Shown piece by piece: positions 1 through 10,623 of a stretch of DNA of 64,000 nt; within the stretch, counting starts at the first letter, position 1; every line of letters begins with the position of its first letter. The position numbers and the translations under genes were made by a program. The DNA comes from an uncultured Spirochaetota bacterium (GTDB lineage Bacteria > Spirochaetota > Spirochaetia > SZUA-6 > Fen-1364): positions 32,001-96,000 of the forward strand of contig CAVUXE010000035.1 in NCBI GenBank assembly GCA_963745235.1, written 5' to 3'. Under the pieces are notes generated by a model. It was not told the DNA's origin, did no database searches, and saw only the letters and a program-made list of their open reading frames with translations.

Positions 1-2450
<2,450 letters not shown>

Positions 2451-2465
2451 CATAGCATTTCCTTC

Positions 2466-3827
2466 ATGGAAAAAGTCTGGTTTCTCCTCGGGGCCGTCAC
2501 CATTTCCCTTCTTTCAGCTGAAGCGGTTCTCCTTGCAGTGAGGTCGCCCCGGTGCGCCAGAAGGCAGGAGCCGCTGTACCTGTCCCTTTTTCTCAGCGCG
2601 GTCGCCGTGGGGCTCGCGTTTCCGTTTCTGCTGGGAGCAGGCAGCGTCCTGGCTGTCTTCATTCTGTGGGCCGCGGGGGCGTTCCTGATCGAGGCGCGCG
2701 GACGCGGGAAGCTGCGGCTGCCGTGGGCGCTCGCCTGCGCCGGGTTTGTCTGCCTCCTGGTCCTGGGGAGCGCGCTCGGCTACAAAGGCTCTCCAGGCTT
2801 TGCGATTTTTGATGCGGCATCGACGTGCCTTGTCGCCGCGTTTCCCGTGAGGCTCATGATGGGGATCGGCAGGGGCTCGCGCTCCACCCCGCTGTTTGCC
2901 GCGCTGGTTTCGGCCTGCGTGTGGATCATTGCGGCCACCGTGGATACCGTGCTCGTTTCCCTGGGGTTTCGATACCCGGACCTTTCCGCCATCCCGCTCT
3001 TCGCGCTTTCTCTCTGCCTGGGATGGCTGGTGTTCCAGGAAGGCTACCCTTCGCGCGCGGGGTGGCGTGGAAGGCTTGCCGCCCTGGAGCTGCAGGAGAA
3101 GCTGCCGCACGCCGCCTTTGCGCAGGTGCTGGACCACGAGACAGCCCTGGCGCGCCAGGACAGGCTGGTTGCCGCGGGTCTCCTTGTCCTCGGAGTTGCG
3201 CATGAGTTCAAGAATACCCTGTCCTACATCCGGGCCGTCGCGGAGACGGGCCTGGGGAGGCAGGAGGCCCGGCAGAAGGATGAGAGCCTGCAGCTGCTTC
3301 TGGAGCATGCCGAAGCAGGCCGGGAGTCCGCGGTCTCTCTCCTGGAGAGGCTCGGCAGGGAAGGCCGGGAGAAGCCGCGCATCATCGATGCGGAAAGAGA
3401 CCTCGTGTCTTTTCTCCGGCTCATTCGCGCCGGCTATCGCGGGGAGGGGATCCTGATGCCGTCATCGCTTCTGCCCGGCGTCAGGTTCAGCGCCCGAAAA
3501 AGCGAGGTGGAGCAGATCCTGCACAACCTGGTGCGAAACGCCGTTGAGAGCCTGCGCTGGAAAGGCATTGCCGAGCAGAAGCTGGTCGAAATATCCTCCC
3601 GACGGCGCGATGGACAGTCCATCCTGGAGGTGAAGGACAACGCGGGAGGCGTCACGCCGGCGGCCGCGCGCCGGCTCTTTGCTCCCCGCTATTCCGAGAC
3701 ACGAGGGACCGGGCTCGGGCTGTACCTGTCCAGGAGCCTCGCGACGCAAAACGGCGGATCTCTGGAGTACGTCCCGACGAAAGGCGGGAGCGTCTTCAGG
3801 CTCACGTTCCCCGCGGCCACGGAATGA
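2466..3827 (+). CDS. Membrane sensor histidine kinase
   Basis: Multi-TM N-terminus; H-box GVAHEFKNTL, N-box ILHNLVRNA, G1 VKDNAGG, G2 GTGLGL. Confidence 0.85.
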   Translation: MEKVWFLLGAVTISLLSAEAVLLAVRSPRCARRQEPLYLSLFLSAVAVGLAFPFLLGAGSVLAVFILWAAGAFLIEARGRGKLRLPWALACAGFVCLLVLGSALGYKGSPGFAIFDAASTCLVAAFPVRLMMGIGRGSRSTPLFAALVSACVWIIAATVDTVLVSLGFRYPDLSAIPLFALSLCLGWLVFQEGYPSRAGWRGRLAALELQEKLPHAAFAQVLDHETALARQDRLVAAGLLVLGVAHEFKNTLSYIRAVAETGLGRQEARQKDESLQLLLEHAEAGRESAVSLLERLGREGREKPRIIDAERDLVSFLRLIRAGYRGEGILMPSSLLPGVRFSARKSEVEQILHNLVRNAVESLRWKGIAEQKLVEISSRRRDGQSILEVKDNAGGVTPAAARRLFAPRYSETRGTGLGLYLSRSLATQNGGSLEYVPTKGGSVFRLTFPAATE

Positions 3828-3833
3828 TGCGGT

Positions 3834-4298
3834 CTATTCGACGTACGCCGTCAGGCTGATCGAATGGCCGTTGGAGTACATGGTCCCTGAGGCGTAGGGC
3901 ATCTGGATCATGTTCAGCTCTGTGCCCGTCGGGTCGAAGAAGTCGTCCGGAGCAGGGGAGGCGTAGTACGTGGACCCGCCGGGATTGGTGTATGAGCTGA
4001 CAAGGGTGTACTTCTGGTTGGGCAGCTTCGTGAGGGTGACCACGAAATGGGCGTACGTGCCGTCGAAGGTCGCAGTTGTGGCCGTCTGGCTGAAGCTCTG
4101 GCCCGCATCAGAGGCGGCGGTGACAGTGACGCTGGCACCCGGCTGGGACCAGTCCGCGTGTGTTGACGCCAGCACGCGCACGTCCACAGCCATGGCGTTC
4201 GAAGGGTAGATGACGTTCATCACCTGGCCGCAGCCGGTCAAGGCGAGAACAAGTCCCACCACCGGCGCCGCAATTGCCCACTTTCTCACGGGTCGCAT
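3834..4298 (-). CDS. Hypothetical lipoprotein (paralog of 4413-4850)
   Basis: ATG at 4298 after AAAAGGA; signal peptide MRPVRKWAIAAPVVGLVLALTG-C with lipobox; beta-rich mature part with KLPN motif. Confidence 0.7.
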   Translation of the reverse strand: MRPVRKWAIAAPVVGLVLALTGCGQVMNVIYPSNAMAVDVRVLASTHADWSQPGASVTVTAASDAGQSFSQTATTATFDGTYAHFVVTLTKLPNQKYTLVSSYTNPGGSTYYASPAPDDFFDPTGTELNMIQMPYASGTMYSNGHSISLTAYVE

Positions 4299-4367
4299 TC
4301 CTTTTGCCCTCAAAGTATAGCACAAACAGGGGCTGGATTGCCACCCCATGGTGGGCAGGCACAACCC

Positions 4368-4398
4368 AAAGAAAAGCGCCCCCGAAGGGGGGCGCTTT
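4368..4398 (-). terminator. Intrinsic terminator
   Basis: Perfect 11-bp stem AAAGCGCCCCC / GGGGGCGCTTT (4373-4398) with a 4-nt loop; T-rich tail on the minus strand, just after the stop of 4413-4850. Confidence 0.85.
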
Positions 4399-4412
4399 GA
4401 GGCGAAGGGCCG

Positions 4413-4850
4413 TCACTTGACGATCAGAAGAGACGTAATGCTGACGGTCTGCTGTATTCGGACCACGCGTAAGGCAAATCGATATGAGCCACTGTAGCCC
4501 GAGGACCAAATGGAGAGTAGTCCGAAGGATGAGCTGTAACCGTAATAGGTCACGTCGTTATCGTGTAGGTTGCCGTTTGGCAGCTTGCTGAATGGCACGT
4601 CAAAGGTAGAGTAGTTACCTGTGTAGATCGTGTTGGCATTGGCCGTCGAGCTCGCTCCAGACGCACCGGTAAGCGTAACTTCAACGTACGAACTGGGGTT
4701 GGCGTATCCAGTGTCAAAATGCGATACATCGACAGTCACGTCCAGCGTATTGTTCGCGTAGATCGCATCCAGAATCGCATCACAGCTCGACAGGAGGAAC
4801 AGCGCTCCGACCGCGAGCAGAATCAAAGGGAGAAGTTTCTTCGCTCTCAT
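4413..4850 (-). CDS. Hypothetical lipoprotein
   Basis: MRAKKLLPLILLAVGALFLLSS-C lipobox; RBS AGGAGGA; similar to 3834-4298. The C-terminal part may be affected by indels. Confidence 0.7.
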   Translation of the reverse strand: MRAKKLLPLILLAVGALFLLSSCDAILDAIYANNTLDVTVDVSHFDTGYANPSSYVEVTLTGASGASSTANANTIYTGNYSTFDVPFSKLPNGNLHDNDVTYYGYSSSFGLLSIWSSGYSGSYRFALRVVRIQQTVSITSLLIVK

Positions 4851-4865
4851 GTCATTCCTCCTGCC

Positions 4866-5447
4866 TTAGAAGTAGATGGCAAAGTTCAGGGTTGGAACGG
4901 CCCGATCTCCCAATGGAGCCAGGTTCCCGTGGAACGCCGAGCCGAAGGCCCCCTCCAGGTCAGACCAGGAGGCAAAGACCTGCGTGTAGGAGAGGTTGAT
5001 GCCCCACCAGTCGAACTTCATCCCAACGCCGAGTCGGGCGTTGACGCCGACTCCGCCGTTGTAGATCTGGCCGCCATAGATATACAGCACGTTGGGTCCG
5101 ACCTCGCCGTACAGCAGAACCGGCTTGAGCACAAACCGTACGCCGACATCGAATAGGTTCAGGAAGCCGGGCAGGTTAGTGCCATAAACCGTGTTTCCGC
5201 TATAGGGATCTACATACGTTGTTGCGTTATAGACCCAGTAGTCAGGCATCGCATACGCGTCCCATGAGAAATAGAGGATGCTGTAAGCGTAGGCGATATG
5301 GAAGTTGATAATTGCCTGATTGACGACGTCCTGCGACGGAGTCCATCCGAATCCCAGCTCCCACTCCCCGCGAGGCCCGTAGGCGAACGCCGGCACTGCC
5401 ATGGCCAGGAGCAGAACTGCTGCCAGCGGAAGCAGAATCTTCTTCAT
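4866..5447 (-). CDS. Putative small outer-membrane beta-barrel protein
   Basis: Signal peptide MKKILLPLAAVLLLAMAVPAFA; amphipathic aromatic strands (WELGFGW, VGVNARLGVGMKFDWWGINLSY); ends LNFAIYF with terminal Phe. Confidence 0.7.
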   Translation of the reverse strand: MKKILLPLAAVLLLAMAVPAFAYGPRGEWELGFGWTPSQDVVNQAIINFHIAYAYSILYFSWDAYAMPDYWVYNATTYVDPYSGNTVYGTNLPGFLNLFDVGVRFVLKPVLLYGEVGPNVLYIYGGQIYNGGVGVNARLGVGMKFDWWGINLSYTQVFASWSDLEGAFGSAFHGNLAPLGDRAVPTLNFAIYF

Positions 5448-5560
5448 CTTGTCCCCCTTAGTGGAATGTCCCAGTAGGTGCGGTGTCCATACCCAGTATA
5501 ACACGCCAATGGCTCAAAATCAGCACCGTGAAGTTGCACAGCGTGGAGCGGGCTGATACT

Positions 5561-6655
5561 ATGGCGCGGATGGGCCTGAAGATTCTGGCGATCAATCCCG
5601 GTTCCACCTCCACCAAGCTTGCCATCTATGAGGACACCACCGAGTGCTGGAAGAAGGGCGTGGGCCACTCATCGCAAGACATCGCCAGGTCTCGAAGGAT
5701 GCAGGACCAGCTGGAGCTGCGAAGGACGGCGGTCCGCGCGTGCCTCACCGAGGCTGGAATCAAGCTTTCGGATGTCTCTGCCGTGGTTGGCCGCGGAGGG
5801 CTGCTGAAGCCGCTTGCCGGCGGCGTCTACGAGGTCAATGAAAAGATGAAGGCTGACCTCATTTCGGGCAGGTACGGGACGCATGCCTCCAACCTCGGCG
5901 CCCTGATAGCGGACGCCATTGCGTCGGAGATCGGCGTGAAGGCCTTCATCGTGGACCCGGTTGTCGTGGACGAGCTGGATCCGATTGCCCGTTACTCGGG
6001 GGTCCCCCAGATTCCGCGGCGCTCCATTTTCCACGCCCTGAATCAGAAGGCAACGGCGAAGAAGGCCGCCCGGAGCCTTGGCAAGAAGTACGAGGAGTGC
6101 ACTCTGATCGTGGCGCACATGGGAGGGGGCACTTCCATTGGCATTCACGAGCGCGGGAGGGTGGTTGACGTCAACAACGCCCTTGACGGTGATGGCCCCT
6201 TCGCAATCGAGCGGGCCGGCACCGTGCCGGCGGGAGACTGGATGCGGTGGATCCTTGCCCACCAGCATGATCCCCAGGCCCTGCAGCTGATGTTGACGGG
6301 CAAGGGCGGCCTTGTCGCCTACCTCGGCACCAACGAGTTCCAGGAAATCGAGAAATCCGCGTCCGGGCAGGGGGGGCTGGATGCAAGGATGTGTGACGAG
6401 CTGATCCGAACCTTGTGCTACCAGATCTCCAAGTGCATCTCCGGCCTGGCCGCTTTCACCGCGGGGCAGGTGGATGCCATCGTGCTCACGGGCGGGCTTG
6501 CCTTCTCCGGACGCGTGGTCAGGGAGATCACGTCCCGCGTCTCTTTTCTTGCGCCGGTGCTTCTGTTCCCGGGGGAGAACGAGCTGGAGGCCCTTGCCAT
6601 GGGCGTCCGCGAGGTGCTCCTGGGAGAGGCGCAGGCAAAGACGTACGAAGGGTGA
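5561..6655 (+). CDS. buk: Butyrate kinase
   Basis: ILAINPGSTSTKLA, VGRGGLLKP, HASNLGA, HALNQKA, HMGGG and NNALDGDGPF motifs. Confidence 0.95.
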   Translation: MARMGLKILAINPGSTSTKLAIYEDTTECWKKGVGHSSQDIARSRRMQDQLELRRTAVRACLTEAGIKLSDVSAVVGRGGLLKPLAGGVYEVNEKMKADLISGRYGTHASNLGALIADAIASEIGVKAFIVDPVVVDELDPIARYSGVPQIPRRSIFHALNQKATAKKAARSLGKKYEECTLIVAHMGGGTSIGIHERGRVVDVNNALDGDGPFAIERAGTVPAGDWMRWILAHQHDPQALQLMLTGKGGLVAYLGTNEFQEIEKSASGQGGLDARMCDELIRTLCYQISKCISGLAAFTAGQVDAIVLTGGLAFSGRVVREITSRVSFLAPVLLFPGENELEALAMGVREVLLGEAQAKTYEG

Positions 6656-6667
6656 GCGGAGGCGCGC

Positions 6668-7069
6668 GTGAATCGAAGAAGAATCAGGGTCGTCGACAAC
6701 GTGTTCCAGTACAGGATGATTGCAATCCTGCTCCTCATCGTCGTCTGCGGCTTTGCCGCGTTCACCGCGGGCGCCCTGATCGTTTTTGCGATTGCGCGCG
6801 CAAGAGGTTTCGCCATACCGGGGGAACGGATGCTGTCCATCTTTCCTCCCATCCTCGCGAACGACATCGTGATCATGATCATCCTGATCGTCGCGGGCAT
6901 ATATGTTACCCTGAGGATCGCCGGACCGGTGTACAGGATCCAAAGCGATATCAAACGAGTGCTGGCCGGTGAGAAGCGCGTCAGGCTCAGGTTTCGCAGG
7001 CGCGACGCGTTTCCCGAGCTCGCGGAAAGGGTAAACCAGCTCATTGAGCGGATCGACAACCAACCTTAG
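6668..7069 (+). CDS. Small two-TM membrane protein with HAMP-like C-terminus
   Basis: Two hydrophobic helices followed by RIAGPVYRI...RFRRRDAFPELAERVNQL. Confidence 0.6.
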   Translation: MNRRRIRVVDNVFQYRMIAILLLIVVCGFAAFTAGALIVFAIARARGFAIPGERMLSIFPPILANDIVIMIILIVAGIYVTLRIAGPVYRIQSDIKRVLAGEKRVRLRFRRRDAFPELAERVNQLIERIDNQP

Positions 7070-8117
7070 CGCGGAGGGGAAGCTCCTTCCCTGGAACAGG
7101 AAGTTTCTTGGCTCGAAGAGGCTCCTGCGGGACTGGATATCCGAGCGGATCACGGAGAGAGTCGGGGTCCCAGCCACTTTTCTGGACGGCTTCTGCGGCA
7201 CCGGCTCAATCGGCCTTGCCATGGCTTTCCGAGGAGCGGCACGCGTGGTGGCGGTGGATGCGCTCAGATCCAACTGCGTCATCCTGCAGGGGTTCGTGGA
7301 GATGGCGCGGCGCCCCGTCCTGGACGAGCGGATGGCTGAGCTCATGCGAAGGCTGAACTCGCTCCCCCCGTCTGCAGGGTACATCACGGAGAGCTACGGC
7401 GGCGCATACTTCACCGCTGAGAATTGTCTCCGCATGGATGCGATCCGTGAGCGGATCGAGGCCATGCGGGCAGCCTCCGAGATCTCGGAAGGTGAGCACG
7501 CAATCCTTCTCTCGTCATTTCTTCTTGGCGCGGACCGGGTGGCGAACACCATCGGCCAATACGACGCTTTCCTCAAGCATATCGATGGAAGAAGCATGGT
7601 GCGCGGGCGCCACCTCGTGGACGACAGGGTCAGGTCCAGGTTTCTTCTCCTGGCCCTCGGAAGGCTCGAGGGAATTGAGCTGGAGGTGGTCCAGGGGGAC
7701 ATGCTCAGCCTGGCGCCGGGAACGTACGTCGAAGCGGCCTACTACGATCCTCCTTATAACGGCAGGCAATACTGCGACAACTACCATGTCCTTGAAAACC
7801 TCGCGCTCTGGCAAAAGCCTGCTCTTTTTGGAAAGACGCGCAAGTTCGACCGCAGCGGGATGAGGAGCCCTTTTTCAAGCACCGCCGGCGCGGCGGGTGC
7901 CCTCGAGAGACTTATTTCAACTACCTCTGCGCGTGATGTCTTCCTCTCGTACAGCTCGGAGGGGATTCTTTCGCGGGAGGAGATCAGGAGCATCCTGGGT
8001 CGCTACGGTGATCTTCAAGAGATAGAGACGGCATATCCGGTGTTCGGAAACGGGGCCGGGGTCTCCGTGAGGCGCAACGTGAGCGAGATGCTGTTCCACC
8101 TGAGGACGGGGAGGTAA
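7044..8117 (+). CDS. D12-class N6-adenine DNA methyltransferase
   Basis: NRKFLGSK..L, motif I FLDGFCGTG, motif IV YYDPPYN followed by QY.DNYHVLE, and FLSYSSEG. Start codon uncertain. Confidence 0.85.
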   Translation: MSGSTTNLSAEGKLLPWNRKFLGSKRLLRDWISERITERVGVPATFLDGFCGTGSIGLAMAFRGAARVVAVDALRSNCVILQGFVEMARRPVLDERMAELMRRLNSLPPSAGYITESYGGAYFTAENCLRMDAIRERIEAMRAASEISEGEHAILLSSFLLGADRVANTIGQYDAFLKHIDGRSMVRGRHLVDDRVRSRFLLLALGRLEGIELEVVQGDMLSLAPGTYVEAAYYDPPYNGRQYCDNYHVLENLALWQKPALFGKTRKFDRSGMRSPFSSTAGAAGALERLISTTSARDVFLSYSSEGILSREEIRSILGRYGDLQEIETAYPVFGNGAGVSVRRNVSEMLFHLRTGR

Positions 8118-8147
8118 GAAATCCTGCGCGGAGGCAAGAGGGAGCTG

Positions 8148-8995
8148 GTGGACGAGAACGGCAGGTCTCGAGGGTTCTACTCGGAGAGCAACAGGGTGAA
8201 CGATCTCACCGGCCGCGAATGGGTCTTCTGGACCAGGTCGGTGATCACCAAGCCGTATCCACCGGACATGCAGCACGAGCTGCGAAGCCGCCACGGAGGA
8301 CAGAAGCCTCCTGGCCTGTGTGCCGACCTCATTCGGGCGTTCACCAAGTCGGGAGAAACGATCCTGGACCCCTTCATGGGTGTCGGCGGAATCCTCCTGG
8401 GAGCATCGCTTTCGGGCCGGAAGGCAACTGGCGTTGAGATCGACTCCCGGTGGATAGAGATCTACCGCGAGGTATGCGCGCGGGAAAAAGTCCAGGAGCA
8501 GGAAGCCGTCCTTGGGGATGCGCGCGTCGCCCTGGCTGAAATGAAGGATCGGTTGTTCGACTGCGTCTTTACGGACGTGCCCTACTGGAAGATGGACACG
8601 GCGGGGCGTTCTCGGGGAACGTTCAAGCGCGTCGGGGAGGCGGCACGGCCGGCAAGGAGCAGCAAGCTCTCCGTGTTCAGCGCCGTCGAATATGCTTCCA
8701 AGGCGGACTGGCTGACTCACATGGAGCAGGTGTTTTCCCTGTCGGCGGGTCTCCTGAAGCCGCACGGCTATCTCCTGTCTTTCATCGGGGACATGTACCG
8801 CGACAACCAGTACCATTGCCTTTCCGCGGAGCTGGCCCAGGTCATGCCGCCGTTCCCGGCATGGTGTGGAAAGCCAACATCGTGTGGTACGATGTGTCGA
8901 AGAAGCTCCATCTCTATGGATACCAGTACTCGTACATCCCATCACTGATCCATCAGAACGTCCTCGTCTTCCGCAAGGAATCGCAAGGAGAATGA
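8148..8995 (+). CDS. N4-cytosine/N6-adenine DNA methyltransferase (frameshift at ~8846)
   Basis: NDLTGREW, motif I ILDPFMGVGG, motif IV variant FTDVPYW. The alternate frame continues KANIVWYD...HQNVLVFRK to TGA at 8995. Confidence 0.8.
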
Positions 8996-8998
8996 CGC

Positions 8999-9746
8999 AT
9001 GCCTGAGCACCTGTTCGGATTTCACACGATAGAAGAGACCCTTCGCAAGGGAGTATCGGGAGCATCCCTCCTGGTTTCCCGCGACAATTCGCGGATCCAG
9101 AAGCTGCGCGAGGCAGCGGAGAGCCGCGGAGTTCCCGTTTCCGAGGTGGAGGAGGGGGAGCTGACCGGCCTGTGCGGGACGGACTCGCATCGGGGCGCGG
9201 TGCTCATGCTTTCCCGGGCGCCCGCGTCCCTGCAGAAGGATCTCCGCCACCTCCTTTCCTCACTGAAGACCTCCACCGCGCTCGTTCTGGTCCTGGACAG
9301 CATTACAGACCCGCAGAACCTCGGAGCTATCCTCCGCTCGGCGGACCAGTTCGCTACCGACATGGTGGTGATTCCGTCACGCCATTCGGCCCAGGAAACG
9401 CAGACGGTCGCCAAGGTATCCGCCGGAGCAAGCGCGTACGTCCCCTTGGCCGTAGTCCCGAACATCCCCTCCGCCCTGGAGCTCCTCAAGGAGAACGGCT
9501 TCTGGATCTTCGGCGCGGACATCGAAGGGGAGACCACGGACAAGCTCGACCTCAGCGGAAAGGTGTGCCTGGTCCTGGGGAGCGAGGGCACCGGGCATGC
9601 GCCGCCTGGTCAGGGAGAGGTGCGACCTCCTGGCGCGCATTCCCTCCTCCGGGCACGTGGATTCGTTCAACGTCTCGGTGGCCGCGGGGATCCTTCTCTT
9701 CGAGACCCGCCGGGAGCAGGGGTTCCCGCACGTCAATCGGAAGTGA
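8999..9746 (+). CDS. rlmB: 23S rRNA (G2251-2'-O)-methyltransferase RlmB (frameshift at ~9594)
   Basis: LDSITDPQNLGAILRSA and LVLGSEG; the shifted frame gives RIPSSGHVDSFNVSVAAGI (SPOUT motif 3). Confidence 0.9.
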
Positions 9747-9810
9747 CAAACCCACGGTGATCCAGGGAGAGTAGCCCATCGACAGGCGATGCGCCACGGC
9801 AGCCGTGGCC

Positions 9811-9858
9811 TGGACGCCGCCCGCTTCGTGCGGTAGAATCATACCGACCGGTCGGTAT
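9811..9858 (+). promoter_or_regulatory. Sigma70 promoter plus palindromic TetR-type operator
   Basis: TGGACG (9811)-17 nt-TAGAAT (9834), followed by the perfect 18-bp palindrome ATACCGACCGGTCGGTAT (9841-9858), upstream of the TetR gene. Confidence 0.8.
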
Positions 9859-9897
9859 TTTCAGGCCGCTGTCGGTGCGCCAGCGGAAGGAGGCGGA

Positions 9898-10623
9898 ATG
9901 CAGGACAGGAGCATCGAGACGCGCAGGCGCATCCTCTCCCGTTCGCTCAAGCTCTTCGCGGAAAAAGGATACAATGCAACCGGCGTGGCGGAGATCTGCG
10001 CCGCCTCCGGCGTGAGCAAGGGCGCCTTCTATCACCACTTCGCCACCAAGCAGGCGGTGTTCCTGGAGCTCTTCCAGAGCTGGCTGGGAGGCGTGGACAA
10101 TCAGCTGCACAGCGCCATGGGAAGATCCAGCAGCGTGCCGAAAGGGCTCCTGGCCATGGCCACCCAGATGAGGCACGTCTTTCAGGCCGCTGATGGAAGG
10201 CTGGAGATATTCCTGGAGTTCTGGCAGCAGGCGCGCCGAGACAAGGTGGTGTGGAAAGGGCTGATGGCGCCCTATCGCCAATACCGGGACCTGCTTGCGC
10301 AGATCGTGAAAAAGGGAGTGCAGGAGGGATCGTTTCGGCCGGTGGATGCCAGAGCAGCAGGCCAGGCCCTGGAAACACTTGCAATCGGCACACTGCTCCA
10401 GGGCGTCCTGGACCCCGGCGGGGCACGGTGGGACCGGGTCATCAGGAGCTCAGTGCAGCTCCTGATTGACGGGTTGGCAAGGCGGCCGGGCGCACCGGGC
10501 AATGCGGCAAGGTGTCCCGGCAACGCGGCCAGAGACACTGGCGACGCGGCCGGGCGCCCCGGCAAGGCGGCCGGGCGCCCGACAGGCGCGGACGGTCAGG
10601 AGGTAGCAGCATGGTGCTTGTAA
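9898..10623 (+). CDS. TetR/AcrR family transcriptional regulator
   Basis: RBS AAGGAGG; HTH LFAEKGYNATGVAEICAASGVSKGAFYHHFATK. Confidence 0.92.
   Translation: MQDRSIETRRRILSRSLKLFAEKGYNATGVAEICAASGVSKGAFYHHFATKQAVFLELFQSWLGGVDNQLHSAMGRSSSVPKGLLAMATQMRHVFQAADGRLEIFLEFWQQARRDKVVWKGLMAPYRQYRDLLAQIVKKGVQEGSFRPVDARAAGQALETLAIGTLLQGVLDPGGARWDRVIRSSVQLLIDGLARRPGAPGNAARCPGNAARDTGDAAGRPGKAAGRPTGADGQEVAAWCL
10495..10580 (+). repeat. Degenerate 21-bp in-frame tandem repeat (about 4 copies)
   Basis: Encodes PGNAARC-PGNAARD-TGDAAGR-PGKAAGR in the TetR tail. Confidence 0.65.

Noticed and set aside
5669-7387. Long antisense ORFs (also 10596-12095, 54752-56326, 62978-64000 and others)
   Set aside because: Shadow ORFs opposite well-supported genes, as expected in high-GC DNA; no recognisable motifs.
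7044-8995. Complete restriction-modification or BREX/DISARM defence island
   Set aside because: No nuclease, helicase or ATPase genes nearby; the flanks are housekeeping genes.
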